From: Clostridiales bacterium
GTDB taxonomy: Bacteria > Bacillota > Sulfobacillia > UBA995
Direction: 5' to 3'
Length of the DNA: 34,309 bases
Assembly: GCA_003517845.1 (NCBI GenBank)
Contig: DOZU01000206.1
Span: forward strand, 1 to 34,309
Part shown: piece by piece, positions 1-8,461 of the stretch
How the letters are laid out: the number at the start of each line of letters is the position of its first letter
How positions within the stretch are numbered: the stretch's first letter is position 1
Made by a program: the position numbers and the translations under genes
Notes under the pieces: model-generated
The model's input: the letters and a program-made list of their open reading frames with translations, nothing else
What the model was told of the DNA's origin: nothing
Databases searched by the model: none

Positions 1-285
1 CAAGTTGCCGATGATCTTGGGCCGAGCTACGAACGTACCCTTGCCCTTGTGCCGGACCAGCAGACCCTCATTGACCAGCTCGTTCAGCGCCTGACGCACC
101 ACGGTCCGGCTGACGCCGAACTCCTGACACAGGTCTTGTTCCGACGGTATCTGATCGCCCTCAAGCAACGTCCCCTCATCAACGAGCGACTTGAGACTCT
201 CCTTGAGCTGATAATAATAGGGGATAGCCGTGCCCTTGTTTATCCGCGCGTTAGCCAGCTTGGACACCGGCGATCTTCCGGCCAT
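1..285 (-). CDS. GntR-family transcriptional regulator, N-terminal winged-HTH part (3' end outside window)
   Basis: Reverse translation from the ATG at 285 reads MAGRSPVSKLANARINKGTAIPYYYQLKESLKSLVDEGTLLEGDQIPSEQDLCQEFGVSRTVVRQALNELVNEGLLVRHKGKGTFVARPKIIGNL. This carries the classic GntR wHTH pattern (SE..L...GVSR.TVR.AL..L..EG.....G.G.FV). The frame stays open to base 1, so it is absent from the ORF track. Confidence 0.85.
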   Translation of the reverse strand, partial: MAGRSPVSKLANARINKGTAIPYYYQLKESLKSLVDEGTLLEGDQIPSEQDLCQEFGVSRTVVRQALNELVNEGLLVRHKGKGTFVARPKIIGNL

Positions 286-302
286 GCATGTCATCCCTTA
301 CG

Positions 303-313
303 CCTGTAATGAT
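303..313. promoter_or_regulatory. candidate operator motif CCTGTAATGAT, copy 1 (next to GntR start)
   Basis: An exact 11-mer that recurs at 685-695. It sits in the only AT-rich patch (about 296-345) of the divergent intergenic region. Confidence 0.3.
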
Positions 314-477
314 GTAAGTACTGCTTGTATCTGAATTTTAGACCAGGGCTGGCACGGTGTCAATAGCCGGGTAACTGCGGTGTTGGGTAGGAGGTGGGTG
401 AATGGGTGGGGGTGTGTCTTGCTCACGGAGGCGGGAGAACTCACTTTCGTGGTGGGACAGGCCGCGGTCCATTTAGT

Positions 478-508
478 GGTAGGGGCGGGTTTGGAACCCG
501 CCCCTACC
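478..508. repeat. REP-like GC-rich hairpin (GGTAGGGGCGGGT-TTGGA-ACCCGCCCCTACC)
   Basis: Perfect 13-bp stem with a 5-nt loop. The core GGGCGGGTTyGGAACCCGCCCCTAC recurs at 11115-11139. Confidence 0.7.
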
Positions 509-652
509 GGGGCCGGGGACCGTGAACGCGAGGACGAACATCATCGCGGCCGAGACCACGACCCGATCGCCTGATCGGGAGTCCGTTTGCGTGGCAATAG
601 GCTGACTTGGCACCGGGCTTGCGTGGCGTCGCTTGGCGGCCCGTGCCAAGCA

Positions 653-681
653 TTGACAAGCATAGCCCGGTGCCCTAAACT
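653..681 (+). promoter_or_regulatory. sigma-A-like promoter, TTGACA (653-658) - 17 nt - TAAACT (676-681)
   Basis: Consensus -35 hexamer with a 17-nt spacer and a 4/6 match at -10. It lies about 60 nt upstream of the RBS-supported GTG start at 739. Confidence 0.45.
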
Positions 682-684
682 GAA

Positions 685-695
685 CCTGTAATGAT
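685..695. promoter_or_regulatory. candidate operator motif CCTGTAATGAT, copy 2 (just downstream of the -10)
   Basis: Exact repeat of 303-313. It is positioned at the predicted transcription start of the sugar operon. Confidence 0.3.
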
Positions 696-738
696 AGGAT
701 CACAACACTTGAGACGGCCAGCGGCGGAGGTGACGGTG

Positions 739-1632
739 GTGGCGAAGTTCAAGTATGCGGTGAGCAACTGGATCTACGGCGGCGAGGATCTGGAACTAAC
801 TTACCGGCGGTTGCATCGCGCCGGATTCGACGGAGTGGAACTCGTGGGCGAGCCGGACCGCCATGACCCGGAAAGGGTGCTCGCCCTGAACCGCCAGTAT
901 GGGCTGAAGGTGACATCGGTGCTCAGTTGGTGTCTATGGCCCATCGCCTCGCGCGACCTCGCTCACCCCGACCGGGAAATGCGGCGACAAGCGGTCGAAT
1001 ACATCGCCCGCAATGTCGATCTGGCGGTGGCGGTGGGGGCGCCTATCGTGGTGGTCATACCCGGCCCCGCCGGCCGGCCGGCACCCCACGGTGCCGGCGA
1101 GGACGCGCCGGCCTGGCAACGGCTTGCTCATGAAGAGTGGCAACTAGCGGTAGACTCGGTACGGACTGCCGCGGATTACGCTCGGGAACGCGGCGTGCTG
1201 CTTGCCGTCGAGCCGATCAACCGCTTCGAGTCTTACCTGGTGAACAGCGCTGTCCACGGGGTGGCTTTCATCAACGCGGTCGGCCAGGACAATGTCAAGC
1301 TGCACCTCGACACGTTTCACATGCACATTGAGGACCCCGATATCGGGGAAGCGATCCGCCTCGCCGGGCCCTTGCTGGTGAACATGCACCTCTCCGACAG
1401 CAACCGGCAGGCGATCGGCCGCGGCCACTTCGACTTCCGGGGCCTGTTGCGGGCCCTCCGCACCATCGACTACTCCGGGTATCTGGTGCTGGAGCCCCTG
1501 CCGGCCCATCCCAACCCCTTCGTCGGCAACCGGCTGGAGGAACACCGTGCCCGATGGGATGATGACGCCGCGGACAGCATCGCCTGCTTGCGCGGCTTGG
1601 AGCGAGGTCTGGGCTGGAGGCCCTCCGGTTGA
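739..1632 (+). CDS. sugar phosphate isomerase/epimerase (xylose-isomerase-like TIM barrel)
   Basis: ORF 691-1632 reads KFKYAVSNWIYG...GFDGVEL...LLAVEPINRFE...KLHLDTFHMHIED...GHFDF, typical of the AP-endonuclease-2/xylose isomerase-like family. GGAGGTGA at 726-733 favours the GTG at 739 over the ATG at 691, which lies inside the promoter/operator. Confidence 0.8.
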   Translation: MAKFKYAVSNWIYGGEDLELTYRRLHRAGFDGVELVGEPDRHDPERVLALNRQYGLKVTSVLSWCLWPIASRDLAHPDREMRRQAVEYIARNVDLAVAVGAPIVVVIPGPAGRPAPHGAGEDAPAWQRLAHEEWQLAVDSVRTAADYARERGVLLAVEPINRFESYLVNSAVHGVAFINAVGQDNVKLHLDTFHMHIEDPDIGEAIRLAGPLLVNMHLSDSNRQAIGRGHFDFRGLLRALRTIDYSGYLVLEPLPAHPNPFVGNRLEEHRARWDDDAADSIACLRGLERGLGWRPSG

Positions 1633-1674
1633 GCTGTGAGCCACGCCATTGATCATTCTCGGGGAGGTTTGGGC

Positions 1675-3495
1675 ATGTTCACCGGTGGGTACCTGGGCAA
1701 ACTGCTCCGAGTCGATCTGGCTCGGGAGCATCACGCAATCGAACCCGTGCCGGAAGCCATCTTCGAGCAGTACCTGGGCGGCCGCGGGGTGGCCGCCCAT
1801 TACTACCGCGAGGAACTGGGGCCGGCCGTGGACCCGCTTTCTCCCGCCAACAAGCTGATCTTCTTCACCGGCCCGCTCACCGGGCTGCCGCTGCCCGCCA
1901 CCACCAAGTTCCAGTGCGCCACCCGCTCGCCCGAGACCGGCATTTACCTGTGCACCAACTCCAGCGGCGAACTCGGGCCGTACCTGAAACGGCAGGGATA
2001 TGACGGTCTGATCATCGAAGGGCAGGCCAGGCGGCCTCTGTACCTCGCCATAGCCGGCGGCGGGGTCGAGTTCCGCGACGCATCCGACCTGGTGATGCTC
2101 GACACGCCGGCCGCCATCGAGGCGGTGCGAGCGGACGGGCCCGGGGCGGACGCGGCGGTCATGGCGATCGGACCGGCCGCATACAGCGGCGTGCGTTACG
2201 CCTGCATCATGGTAGGCGATCGCAGCTTCGGGAGGGGCGGAGCCGGCCGGGTCATGGCCGCCAAGGGACTCAAGGCGGTGGCCGTCGACCGCCGGGGCGA
2301 GATCCCGGTGGCGGACCGGGCTCGCCTGAAAGCGATCCTCCCCGTAGCCGCCAAGAATGCCCGCGAAACCAAGCGCACGCACAACCTGTTCGGGACTAAC
2401 CAGTACACCGAGGTCATGAACGAACTCGGGTGTTATTCGGTGCGGAATTTCACCACCGGCGTATTCGAAGGGGCGGCCACCCTCAGCAAGGACTACGTGA
2501 CCCGCCACTACAAGGACCGGAGCGCGGCGTGTTTCCGGTGTCCCGTGGCTTGCGCCCAGGTCTGCTCGGTGCGCGACGGCCCGCTGGCCGGGGCGGTCAG
2601 CGATCCCGAGTACGAAACGGTGGGGACGCTGGGCGGGGTGTGCGGCGTATCCGATTTCGCCGCCATCATCGCCGGCAATCAACTGTGCGACGAGTACGGC
2701 ATCGACACCATGACCGTTGGCTGTGTCATCGGCTATGCCATGGAGTGCTACGAACGGGGGCTCTTCACCCGGGAGGACACCGGGGGGCTGGAAGTCCGGT
2801 TCGGCGATGCCGCCGTCATGCTCGAACTGATCCGCCGGATCGGCCGGGGCGAGGGTTTCGGGAAGGTCCTGGGGAAGGGCTTTCGCGAGTTGGCACGTGC
2901 CTACCCGGCTACCGCGCCTTACATGATGCATGTCAAGGGCATGGCCTTCGCCGCCTACGAACCGCGGGGATTCTACGGCATGGCTCTGGCTTATGGGACC
3001 TCGAGCCGTGGGGCCTGCCACAATGTTGGCGGCTGGACCATTCGTGACGAGTTGCTCACCGGCGACTACGACCGCTTCGCCCTCGAGGGCAAGGGGGAAC
3101 TGGTGAAGCGGCTTCAGGATACCCGGGCCTACATCGACAGCCTGGGCATCTGCACCGTCGTCCGCAGTTCCATGGGGTTCACCGACTCGCCCACGGGGGA
3201 TGTGTTGCTGGCGGCTACCGGGGTGGACTTCACCCCGCGCCTGATGGCCATAGGACAGGACATCATCGATCTCGAACGGATGATCCTGGTCCGCGAGGGG
3301 ATCACCCGCGAGGACGATTACCTGCCCAATCGGATCTACACCGAGCCGCTGCCGGAAGGGCCGGCGCGGGGCAGGATTCTCACCCGCGAGATGTACGATG
3401 TCATGCTGGATGAGTACTATCGCCTGCGGAAGTGGGACCGGCAGGGTGTTCCGTCCGGTCGCGCTCAAGAAGGCGCGAGGGAGGCGGCCGGTTGA
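1675..3495 (+). CDS. aor: aldehyde:ferredoxin oxidoreductase family (tungstopterin enzyme)
   Basis: N-terminus MFTGGYLGKLLRVDL...EQYLGGRGVAAHYY. Cluster cysteines are CFRCPVAC plus DSLGIC. GGGGAGG lies 7 nt before the ATG at 1675. That start gives 606 aa, which fits the length I recall for this family. Confidence 0.9.
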   Translation: MFTGGYLGKLLRVDLAREHHAIEPVPEAIFEQYLGGRGVAAHYYREELGPAVDPLSPANKLIFFTGPLTGLPLPATTKFQCATRSPETGIYLCTNSSGELGPYLKRQGYDGLIIEGQARRPLYLAIAGGGVEFRDASDLVMLDTPAAIEAVRADGPGADAAVMAIGPAAYSGVRYACIMVGDRSFGRGGAGRVMAAKGLKAVAVDRRGEIPVADRARLKAILPVAAKNARETKRTHNLFGTNQYTEVMNELGCYSVRNFTTGVFEGAATLSKDYVTRHYKDRSAACFRCPVACAQVCSVRDGPLAGAVSDPEYETVGTLGGVCGVSDFAAIIAGNQLCDEYGIDTMTVGCVIGYAMECYERGLFTREDTGGLEVRFGDAAVMLELIRRIGRGEGFGKVLGKGFRELARAYPATAPYMMHVKGMAFAAYEPRGFYGMALAYGTSSRGACHNVGGWTIRDELLTGDYDRFALEGKGELVKRLQDTRAYIDSLGICTVVRSSMGFTDSPTGDVLLAATGVDFTPRLMAIGQDIIDLERMILVREGITREDDYLPNRIYTEPLPEGPARGRILTREMYDVMLDEYYRLRKWDRQGVPSGRAQEGAREAAG

Positions 3496-3752
3496 TCCGG
3501 GTGGAGGTCCGGTTTGCGGGGTTGCCCCGTACCGAGACCGGGGTGAAGGCCGAGACGCTCGAGCTGGAACCCGACATCACCCTGGGGACGCTGGTCGAAC
3601 GGTTGAACCAGCGCTACTCCTGGGAAATCGGGCGGGGCGAGTCTCAGTTCATCCTCCTCAACCAGCGCGGTCTCCGCCGGGAGCGCTGGGCCCATACGCG
3701 GCTCGAGGACGGAGACAGCGTGCTGGTTATATCCGCCATTGCGGGAGGCTGA
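3492..3752 (+). CDS. MoaD/ThiS-like beta-grasp protein ending in Gly-Gly
   Basis: The TTG at 3492 overlaps the AOR stop. The translation is LIRVEVRFAGL...ETLELEPDITLGTLVERL...LEDGDSVLVISAIAGG*. The diglycine comes immediately before the stop. The ORF-track start at 3432 adds an Arg-rich tail that overlaps AOR. Confidence 0.7.
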   Translation: MIRVEVRFAGLPRTETGVKAETLELEPDITLGTLVERLNQRYSWEIGRGESQFILLNQRGLRRERWAHTRLEDGDSVLVISAIAGG

Positions 3753-3755
3753 TCC

Positions 3756-4757
3756 ATGGGCTACCGGGTGCTCGTGACGCCCCGTTCTTTCGCGCAACTC
3801 GACCGCGAACCGTTGACGCGGCTTGAGGAAAGCGGCTGCGAGGTGAGGCGGAATCCCGGGGAGCGGCCGCTGACCGAGGCGGAGATGGCCGATGCGATAG
3901 CAGGTGCGGACGGGTTAATCGTGGGCATCGACCCGGTCACCGAGCGGGTACTCGCCGCGGCTCCCGGCTTGCGGGTCATCTCGAAGTACGGCGCGGGGGT
4001 GGACAACATCGACCTGCCGGCGGCCAGTAACCGGCGGATAGTGGTGACCGCCACTCCCGACGCCAACACGGAAGCGGTGGCCGACTTGACCCTGGGCCTC
4101 ATGCTGGCCGCCGCGCGGGGCATCGCCCACGCCCACACGGCCCTCCGGGAAGGTAGCTGGCAGCGCCACCTGGGCAGGGACCTCTGGGGGCGCTCGCTGG
4201 GTCTGGTGGGCACCGGGCGCATCGGGCGGGCGGTAGCCAGACGAGCCCGCGGCTTCGACATGTCGATCCTGGCCTATGACCTTCAACCCGACCCGACCTG
4301 GGCGGCCGGAGTTGGGGCCGCGTACGTCCCGCTCGAGGAGCTGTTCGCGGGCAGCGACTTCGTGTCCCTGCATATCCCGGTAACGCCTTCGACGCACCAG
4401 CTCGTCGGACACCGCCTGCTGGGACTCATGCGGCCGTCGGCCGTACTGGTGAACACGGCTCGCGGCGGGCTGATCGACGAAACCGCCCTGGTGGAGGTGT
4501 TGACCGCCGGCGGGATATTCGCGGCGGCGCTGGACGTATTCGCGAGCGAACCGCTTCAGGACGAACGGCTCCGGTCGGCGCCTCGGGTGGTGTTGACCCC
4601 GCACATCGGTGCTTCGAGCCGGGGCGCTCTCTTGCGGATGGGTCAGGAGGCGGTAGATAACCTGCTGGCGGTGCTGGCAGGGGGCCATCCCGCCCAGGTG
4701 GTGAACCCGGAAGTGTATCCGTGCGCGTCGGGAAAGGGACGGATGAGTCGATGCTGA
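3756..4757 (+). CDS. D-isomer-specific 2-hydroxyacid dehydrogenase (PGDH/GyaR-like)
   Basis: GLVGTGRIGRAVARRA Rossmann motif, then VNTARGGLIDE and TPHIGASS. GGGAGG RBS upstream. Confidence 0.85.
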   Translation: MGYRVLVTPRSFAQLDREPLTRLEESGCEVRRNPGERPLTEAEMADAIAGADGLIVGIDPVTERVLAAAPGLRVISKYGAGVDNIDLPAASNRRIVVTATPDANTEAVADLTLGLMLAAARGIAHAHTALREGSWQRHLGRDLWGRSLGLVGTGRIGRAVARRARGFDMSILAYDLQPDPTWAAGVGAAYVPLEELFAGSDFVSLHIPVTPSTHQLVGHRLLGLMRPSAVLVNTARGGLIDETALVEVLTAGGIFAAALDVFASEPLQDERLRSAPRVVLTPHIGASSRGALLRMGQEAVDNLLAVLAGGHPAQVVNPEVYPCASGKGRMSRC

Positions 4758-5770
4758 AAGCGGATCTGGTCGGCGTGGGCGTGATCGGAACCGGTCGGGC
4801 CGGGAGGGTCCATGCGCAGAACTTTGCCCGCCATGTGCCGGAAGCGCGACTGGTGGCGGTGTACGACCCCGATCCGGTGAGTGCCGGGGAAGTGGCCCAG
4901 CAGCTCGGGGCCCGCTTCTGCCCGAGCCTCGAGCAGTTGCTCGCTGAACCCAGCCTGGATGCGGTGGTGATCGCGGCGCCGACCCCCTTCCATGCGGACC
5001 TGGTCACGGCGGCCGCCGAGGCCGGCAAAGCCATTTTGTGTGAGAAGCCGCTGGCCCTGACCGTCGAGGAAGCGCAGCGGATGGCGGCGGTGGTGGCCGA
5101 CCGGGGCGTGGTCTTCGTGATGGCGTTCATGCGTCGGTTCGACCAGGGTTTTCTGAGGGGCCGTCAACTCATCGAAGAGGGTGCCATCGGCGTGCCCTTG
5201 ATGGTCAAGTCCACGGGAAAGGGGCCGGGCCTGCCGCCCCGGTGGGCGTGGGACGTGGCCCGGAGCAACGGCATGCTGGGGGAGGTCAACAGCCATGACT
5301 TCGACTGCCTCCGCTTCCTGACCGGCCGGGAGTTCGAATGGGTATTCGCCGTCGCCCACAACAACAAGTGTCCGGAACTAGCGAGGGAGTTCCCCGATTT
5401 CTATGACACGGCGGCGGTGACGGTTGCGATGTCGGGGAACCTGATCGGCGCCATCGACGGCGCCTGCCCGGCGGACTATGGATATGACGCGCGGGTCGAG
5501 GTGCAGGGCAGTGAGGGAGTACTCTTCTTGGGCAGCCTTTCGCGGCCGGGGACGGTGGTCGGCACCCGGCACCGCGGGGTGACCATGGACATCGTTGACA
5601 GCTGGCGTTCGCTGTTTCGCGAGGCCTACCTGGCCGAGGACCGCCACCTGATCGAATGCCTGCTCACCGGGGCTGAGCCCCGTTCGACCCTGGAGGATGG
5701 ATACCAGGCCCTCCGGGCGGTGGTGGCCGCCAACCGCTCGGTACGCCGCCGGCAGGTGGAGGAGGTCTGA
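4751..5770 (+). CDS. Gfo/Idh/MocA-family NAD(P) oxidoreductase
   Basis: MLKADLVGVGVIGTGRAGRVHAQNF...ILCEKPLALTVEEA. The ATG at 4751 overlaps the upstream stop by 7 nt. Confidence 0.85.
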   Translation: MLKADLVGVGVIGTGRAGRVHAQNFARHVPEARLVAVYDPDPVSAGEVAQQLGARFCPSLEQLLAEPSLDAVVIAAPTPFHADLVTAAAEAGKAILCEKPLALTVEEAQRMAAVVADRGVVFVMAFMRRFDQGFLRGRQLIEEGAIGVPLMVKSTGKGPGLPPRWAWDVARSNGMLGEVNSHDFDCLRFLTGREFEWVFAVAHNNKCPELAREFPDFYDTAAVTVAMSGNLIGAIDGACPADYGYDARVEVQGSEGVLFLGSLSRPGTVVGTRHRGVTMDIVDSWRSLFREAYLAEDRHLIECLLTGAEPRSTLEDGYQALRAVVAANRSVRRRQVEEV

Positions 5771-6822
5771 TGGCGACCATGCTGGCTGCCGAGTACCGCG
5801 ACGGCCGCATCGAGGCGCGGCAGTTGCCCCGGCCCCGCCCGGGCGCGGGCGAGGTCCTGTTGCAAGTGGAGGCGGCCGCGCTGTGCGCGACCGACCTGAA
5901 GATCTGGCAGCGCGGGCACCGGAACATCCCCCCGGATGCCGGGGCGATCCTGGGCCATGAAGTCGTGGGTTCGGTGGTCGAGGCGGGAGAGGGGATCGGT
6001 CAGGGCTGGCTGGGGAAGCGGGTCGTGGTCGCCCCCAACATCGGTTGCGGTCTTTGTCCCGCTTGCCAGGTCGGCCGCGACAGTTACTGCCCCGACTACC
6101 GCGCTTTCGGGGTGGGGCTCGCGGGTGGTCTGGCCGAGTTCATGCTGGTCACGGCTCCGGCAGTGGTCAGGGGCAACCTGGTGGAGGTACCCCGGGAACT
6201 GCCGGCGGACCTGGCCGTGCTGGCCGAGGCGGCCGGCTGCTGCTACCGGGGGTTGCAGGCCTGTTCGCTCCGTCCGGGAGAAGCGTGCCTGGTACTTGGC
6301 GTCGGCCCCATGGGCATACTGTCGGTCGTGCTGGCCCGGGCCATGGGGGCGGCGCCCGTATTGGCCGCCGACCCGCTGGCCGACCGGCGAAGCCGGGCCC
6401 GGGAATTCGGTGCCGACCAGGCGATCGACCCTGCGGCGGAGGACTTCCCTGAGCGAGTGCGCGCGCTGACCGGCGGGCAGGGCGCCGACGTGGCCATAGT
6501 CACCGCCCCGGTGGCGGACGCTCAGCGCCAGGCGATCCTCGCCGCGGCCGTGGGCGGCCGGGTCAACCTGTTCGCGGGTCTGTCGGGTCCCGGGGAACTC
6601 AACCATTTCCCGAGCAATCTCGTTCATTACCGCGGCCTACAGGTCCTCGGCACCACCGGGGCCGGCGCCGCCGAACTGCGCGCGGTGGTGTCCATGATGG
6701 CTGCCGGGCGCCTCGAGCCGTTGCGGCGGGTGGCCACCGCCTCTTATCCCTTGTCGCGGGCGGCGGACGCCCTGGAGGAAGCCCGGCAGGGGAAGGGAAT
6801 CAAGACACTGGTCATCCCGTAG
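5770..6822 (+). CDS. zinc-type (MDR) alcohol/polyol dehydrogenase
   Basis: LCATDLKIW...GHEVVGSVVEAG...CGLCPACQVGRDSYC...VLGVGPMG. The ATG overlaps the upstream TGA (TGATG). Confidence 0.85.
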   Translation: MATMLAAEYRDGRIEARQLPRPRPGAGEVLLQVEAAALCATDLKIWQRGHRNIPPDAGAILGHEVVGSVVEAGEGIGQGWLGKRVVVAPNIGCGLCPACQVGRDSYCPDYRAFGVGLAGGLAEFMLVTAPAVVRGNLVEVPRELPADLAVLAEAAGCCYRGLQACSLRPGEACLVLGVGPMGILSVVLARAMGAAPVLAADPLADRRSRAREFGADQAIDPAAEDFPERVRALTGGQGADVAIVTAPVADAQRQAILAAAVGGRVNLFAGLSGPGELNHFPSNLVHYRGLQVLGTTGAGAAELRAVVSMMAAGRLEPLRRVATASYPLSRAADALEEARQGKGIKTLVIP

Positions 6823-6859
6823 GCGACCGGACGCCCGGTGACCGTGGAGGCGAGCGAGT

Positions 6860-8416
6860 ATGGCTGAGCCTTGTCTGCTGGGAGTCGACCTGGGCACGAT
6901 GGGGACCAAGGCGGCCCTTTACGACCTCGAGGGGAAGCTGCTGGGGGACGCTTACGAGGAATCGATCCTCCGCTATCCTCGAGTCGGCTGGGTGGAACAG
7001 GATCTCGAGGAGATCTACGCGTCGGCCGTCAACTGCATTGGGTTGGCCCGGGAGCGAGCCGGCGTGGACGCCGGGTCCATAGCCGCCCTGGCCTTCTCCA
7101 GCCAGATGTCGGGGATCGGCATGATCGACCGCGACTGGCGGCCCGTGGCCCACTACGATAGCTGGTTGGATACCCGCTGTGCCGCATGTCTACCCCTGCT
7201 TCAGCCCGAGGCCGAGACGATGACCGCCCTCAGCGGCTGCCCGCCTACTTATGCCCATGCCGCCAAAGTGGTATGGTGGCAACGCAACCAGCCCGAAGCT
7301 TTCGCCCGCACGGCGAAATTCATCGTGCCCCTCGCCTACGTGGCCGGCAAGCTGGCCGGCCTGAAGGCCGAGGACGCATACATCGACTTGACCTGCTTGC
7401 ACTTCTCCGGTCTCAGCGACACCCTCCGGGGGTGCTGGTCAGCCGAGTTACTCGACCGATTCGCCATCCCCTCGGCCAAGCTGCCCCAAATCGTCAGTTC
7501 CACCCGGGTGATCGGTGAGGTCACCCCCGAGGCGGCCCGGATCACCGGCTTGAGGGCGGGAACCCCCATCGCCGCGGGAGCGGGCGACCAGGCCGCCGCC
7601 TCCCTGGGCGCGGGGGCCGTCAGCCCGGCGGACGTGTTCGACAGCGCCGGCACGGCATCAGTGTTCTCGATCTGCGTCGACCAATTCCGTCCCGACTTGC
7701 GGAATCAGGTGGTGCTCGCCTCCCATGGGGTCATCCCCGGCACCTTCTATGCACTGTCCTTTATCAACGGCGGGGGGCTCAACCTGCGCTGGTTCCGCGA
7801 GCAGTTCGGCCAGGCCGACCTGGCGTCGGTGCCTGTGGCCGACGCCTACCGGGCGCTGGATCGGCTGGCGGCGGCGGTGCCTCCAGGGTCAGGAGGGACG
7901 CTGTTCATCCCTCACCTCCAGGGCCGAGTATTGCCCCCGGATGCCAAGCTACGCGGACTGTGGACGGGGTTCACCTGGGCCCACTCCCGCGCCCACCTGT
8001 ATCGGGCGATGCTCGAGGCGGTGGCCTACGAGTATGCTTACTACCTGAACATCGAACAGGAACTTCACCCCGAACTCCGCTGCCGCGAGGTGCGGGCGAT
8101 CGGCGGCGGTGCGGCGAGCGCTCTGTGGAATCAAATCAAGAGCGATGTGCTCGATATCCCCTACGCGCGGGTCAGCCGGGCGGAAGTGGGCACCTGGGGT
8201 TCGGCCATGATCGCCGGCGCGGCCGTGGGCATTTTCGGCGACCTCGGTGCTACCGCCCGGGCGCATGCGGGACTCAGCGGCCGGGTCGAGCCCAGACCCG
8301 ACCAGCACCGGCTCTACCGTCCCTATGTGGAGCTATATCGCAAGATCCTCGAGGGCTACTCCGCGCACTTCGGCGCATTGACCGACTTGGCGGATCAGGC
8401 GGACGGTCCCGGTTGA
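6860..8416 (+). CDS. FGGY-family carbohydrate kinase (xylulokinase/gluconokinase-like)
   Basis: LLGVDLGTMGTKAALYD...GAGDQAAASLGAG...IGGGAASALWNQIKSDV. Confidence 0.85.
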   Translation: MAEPCLLGVDLGTMGTKAALYDLEGKLLGDAYEESILRYPRVGWVEQDLEEIYASAVNCIGLARERAGVDAGSIAALAFSSQMSGIGMIDRDWRPVAHYDSWLDTRCAACLPLLQPEAETMTALSGCPPTYAHAAKVVWWQRNQPEAFARTAKFIVPLAYVAGKLAGLKAEDAYIDLTCLHFSGLSDTLRGCWSAELLDRFAIPSAKLPQIVSSTRVIGEVTPEAARITGLRAGTPIAAGAGDQAAASLGAGAVSPADVFDSAGTASVFSICVDQFRPDLRNQVVLASHGVIPGTFYALSFINGGGLNLRWFREQFGQADLASVPVADAYRALDRLAAAVPPGSGGTLFIPHLQGRVLPPDAKLRGLWTGFTWAHSRAHLYRAMLEAVAYEYAYYLNIEQELHPELRCREVRAIGGGAASALWNQIKSDVLDIPYARVSRAEVGTWGSAMIAGAAVGIFGDLGATARAHAGLSGRVEPRPDQHRLYRPYVELYRKILEGYSAHFGALTDLADQADGPG

Positions 8417-8461
8417 GGCGAGAGGACAGGGAGGCGGCAAGCTTTGTCCAGCAGGAACCAC

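Noticed and set aside
691-738. ATG at 691 as the start of the isomerase/epimerase gene
   Set aside because: It lies about 10 nt after the predicted -10 hexamer, inside the repeated 11-mer, and has no RBS. The GTG at 739 has GGAGGTGA 5 nt upstream. A leaderless start cannot be excluded.
1144-3468. 774-aa ORF on the minus strand
   Set aside because: It lies exactly antisense to the well-supported AOR gene. It is Arg/Gly/Pro/His-rich with no recognisable motifs. Long stop-free mirror frames are expected in GC-rich DNA.
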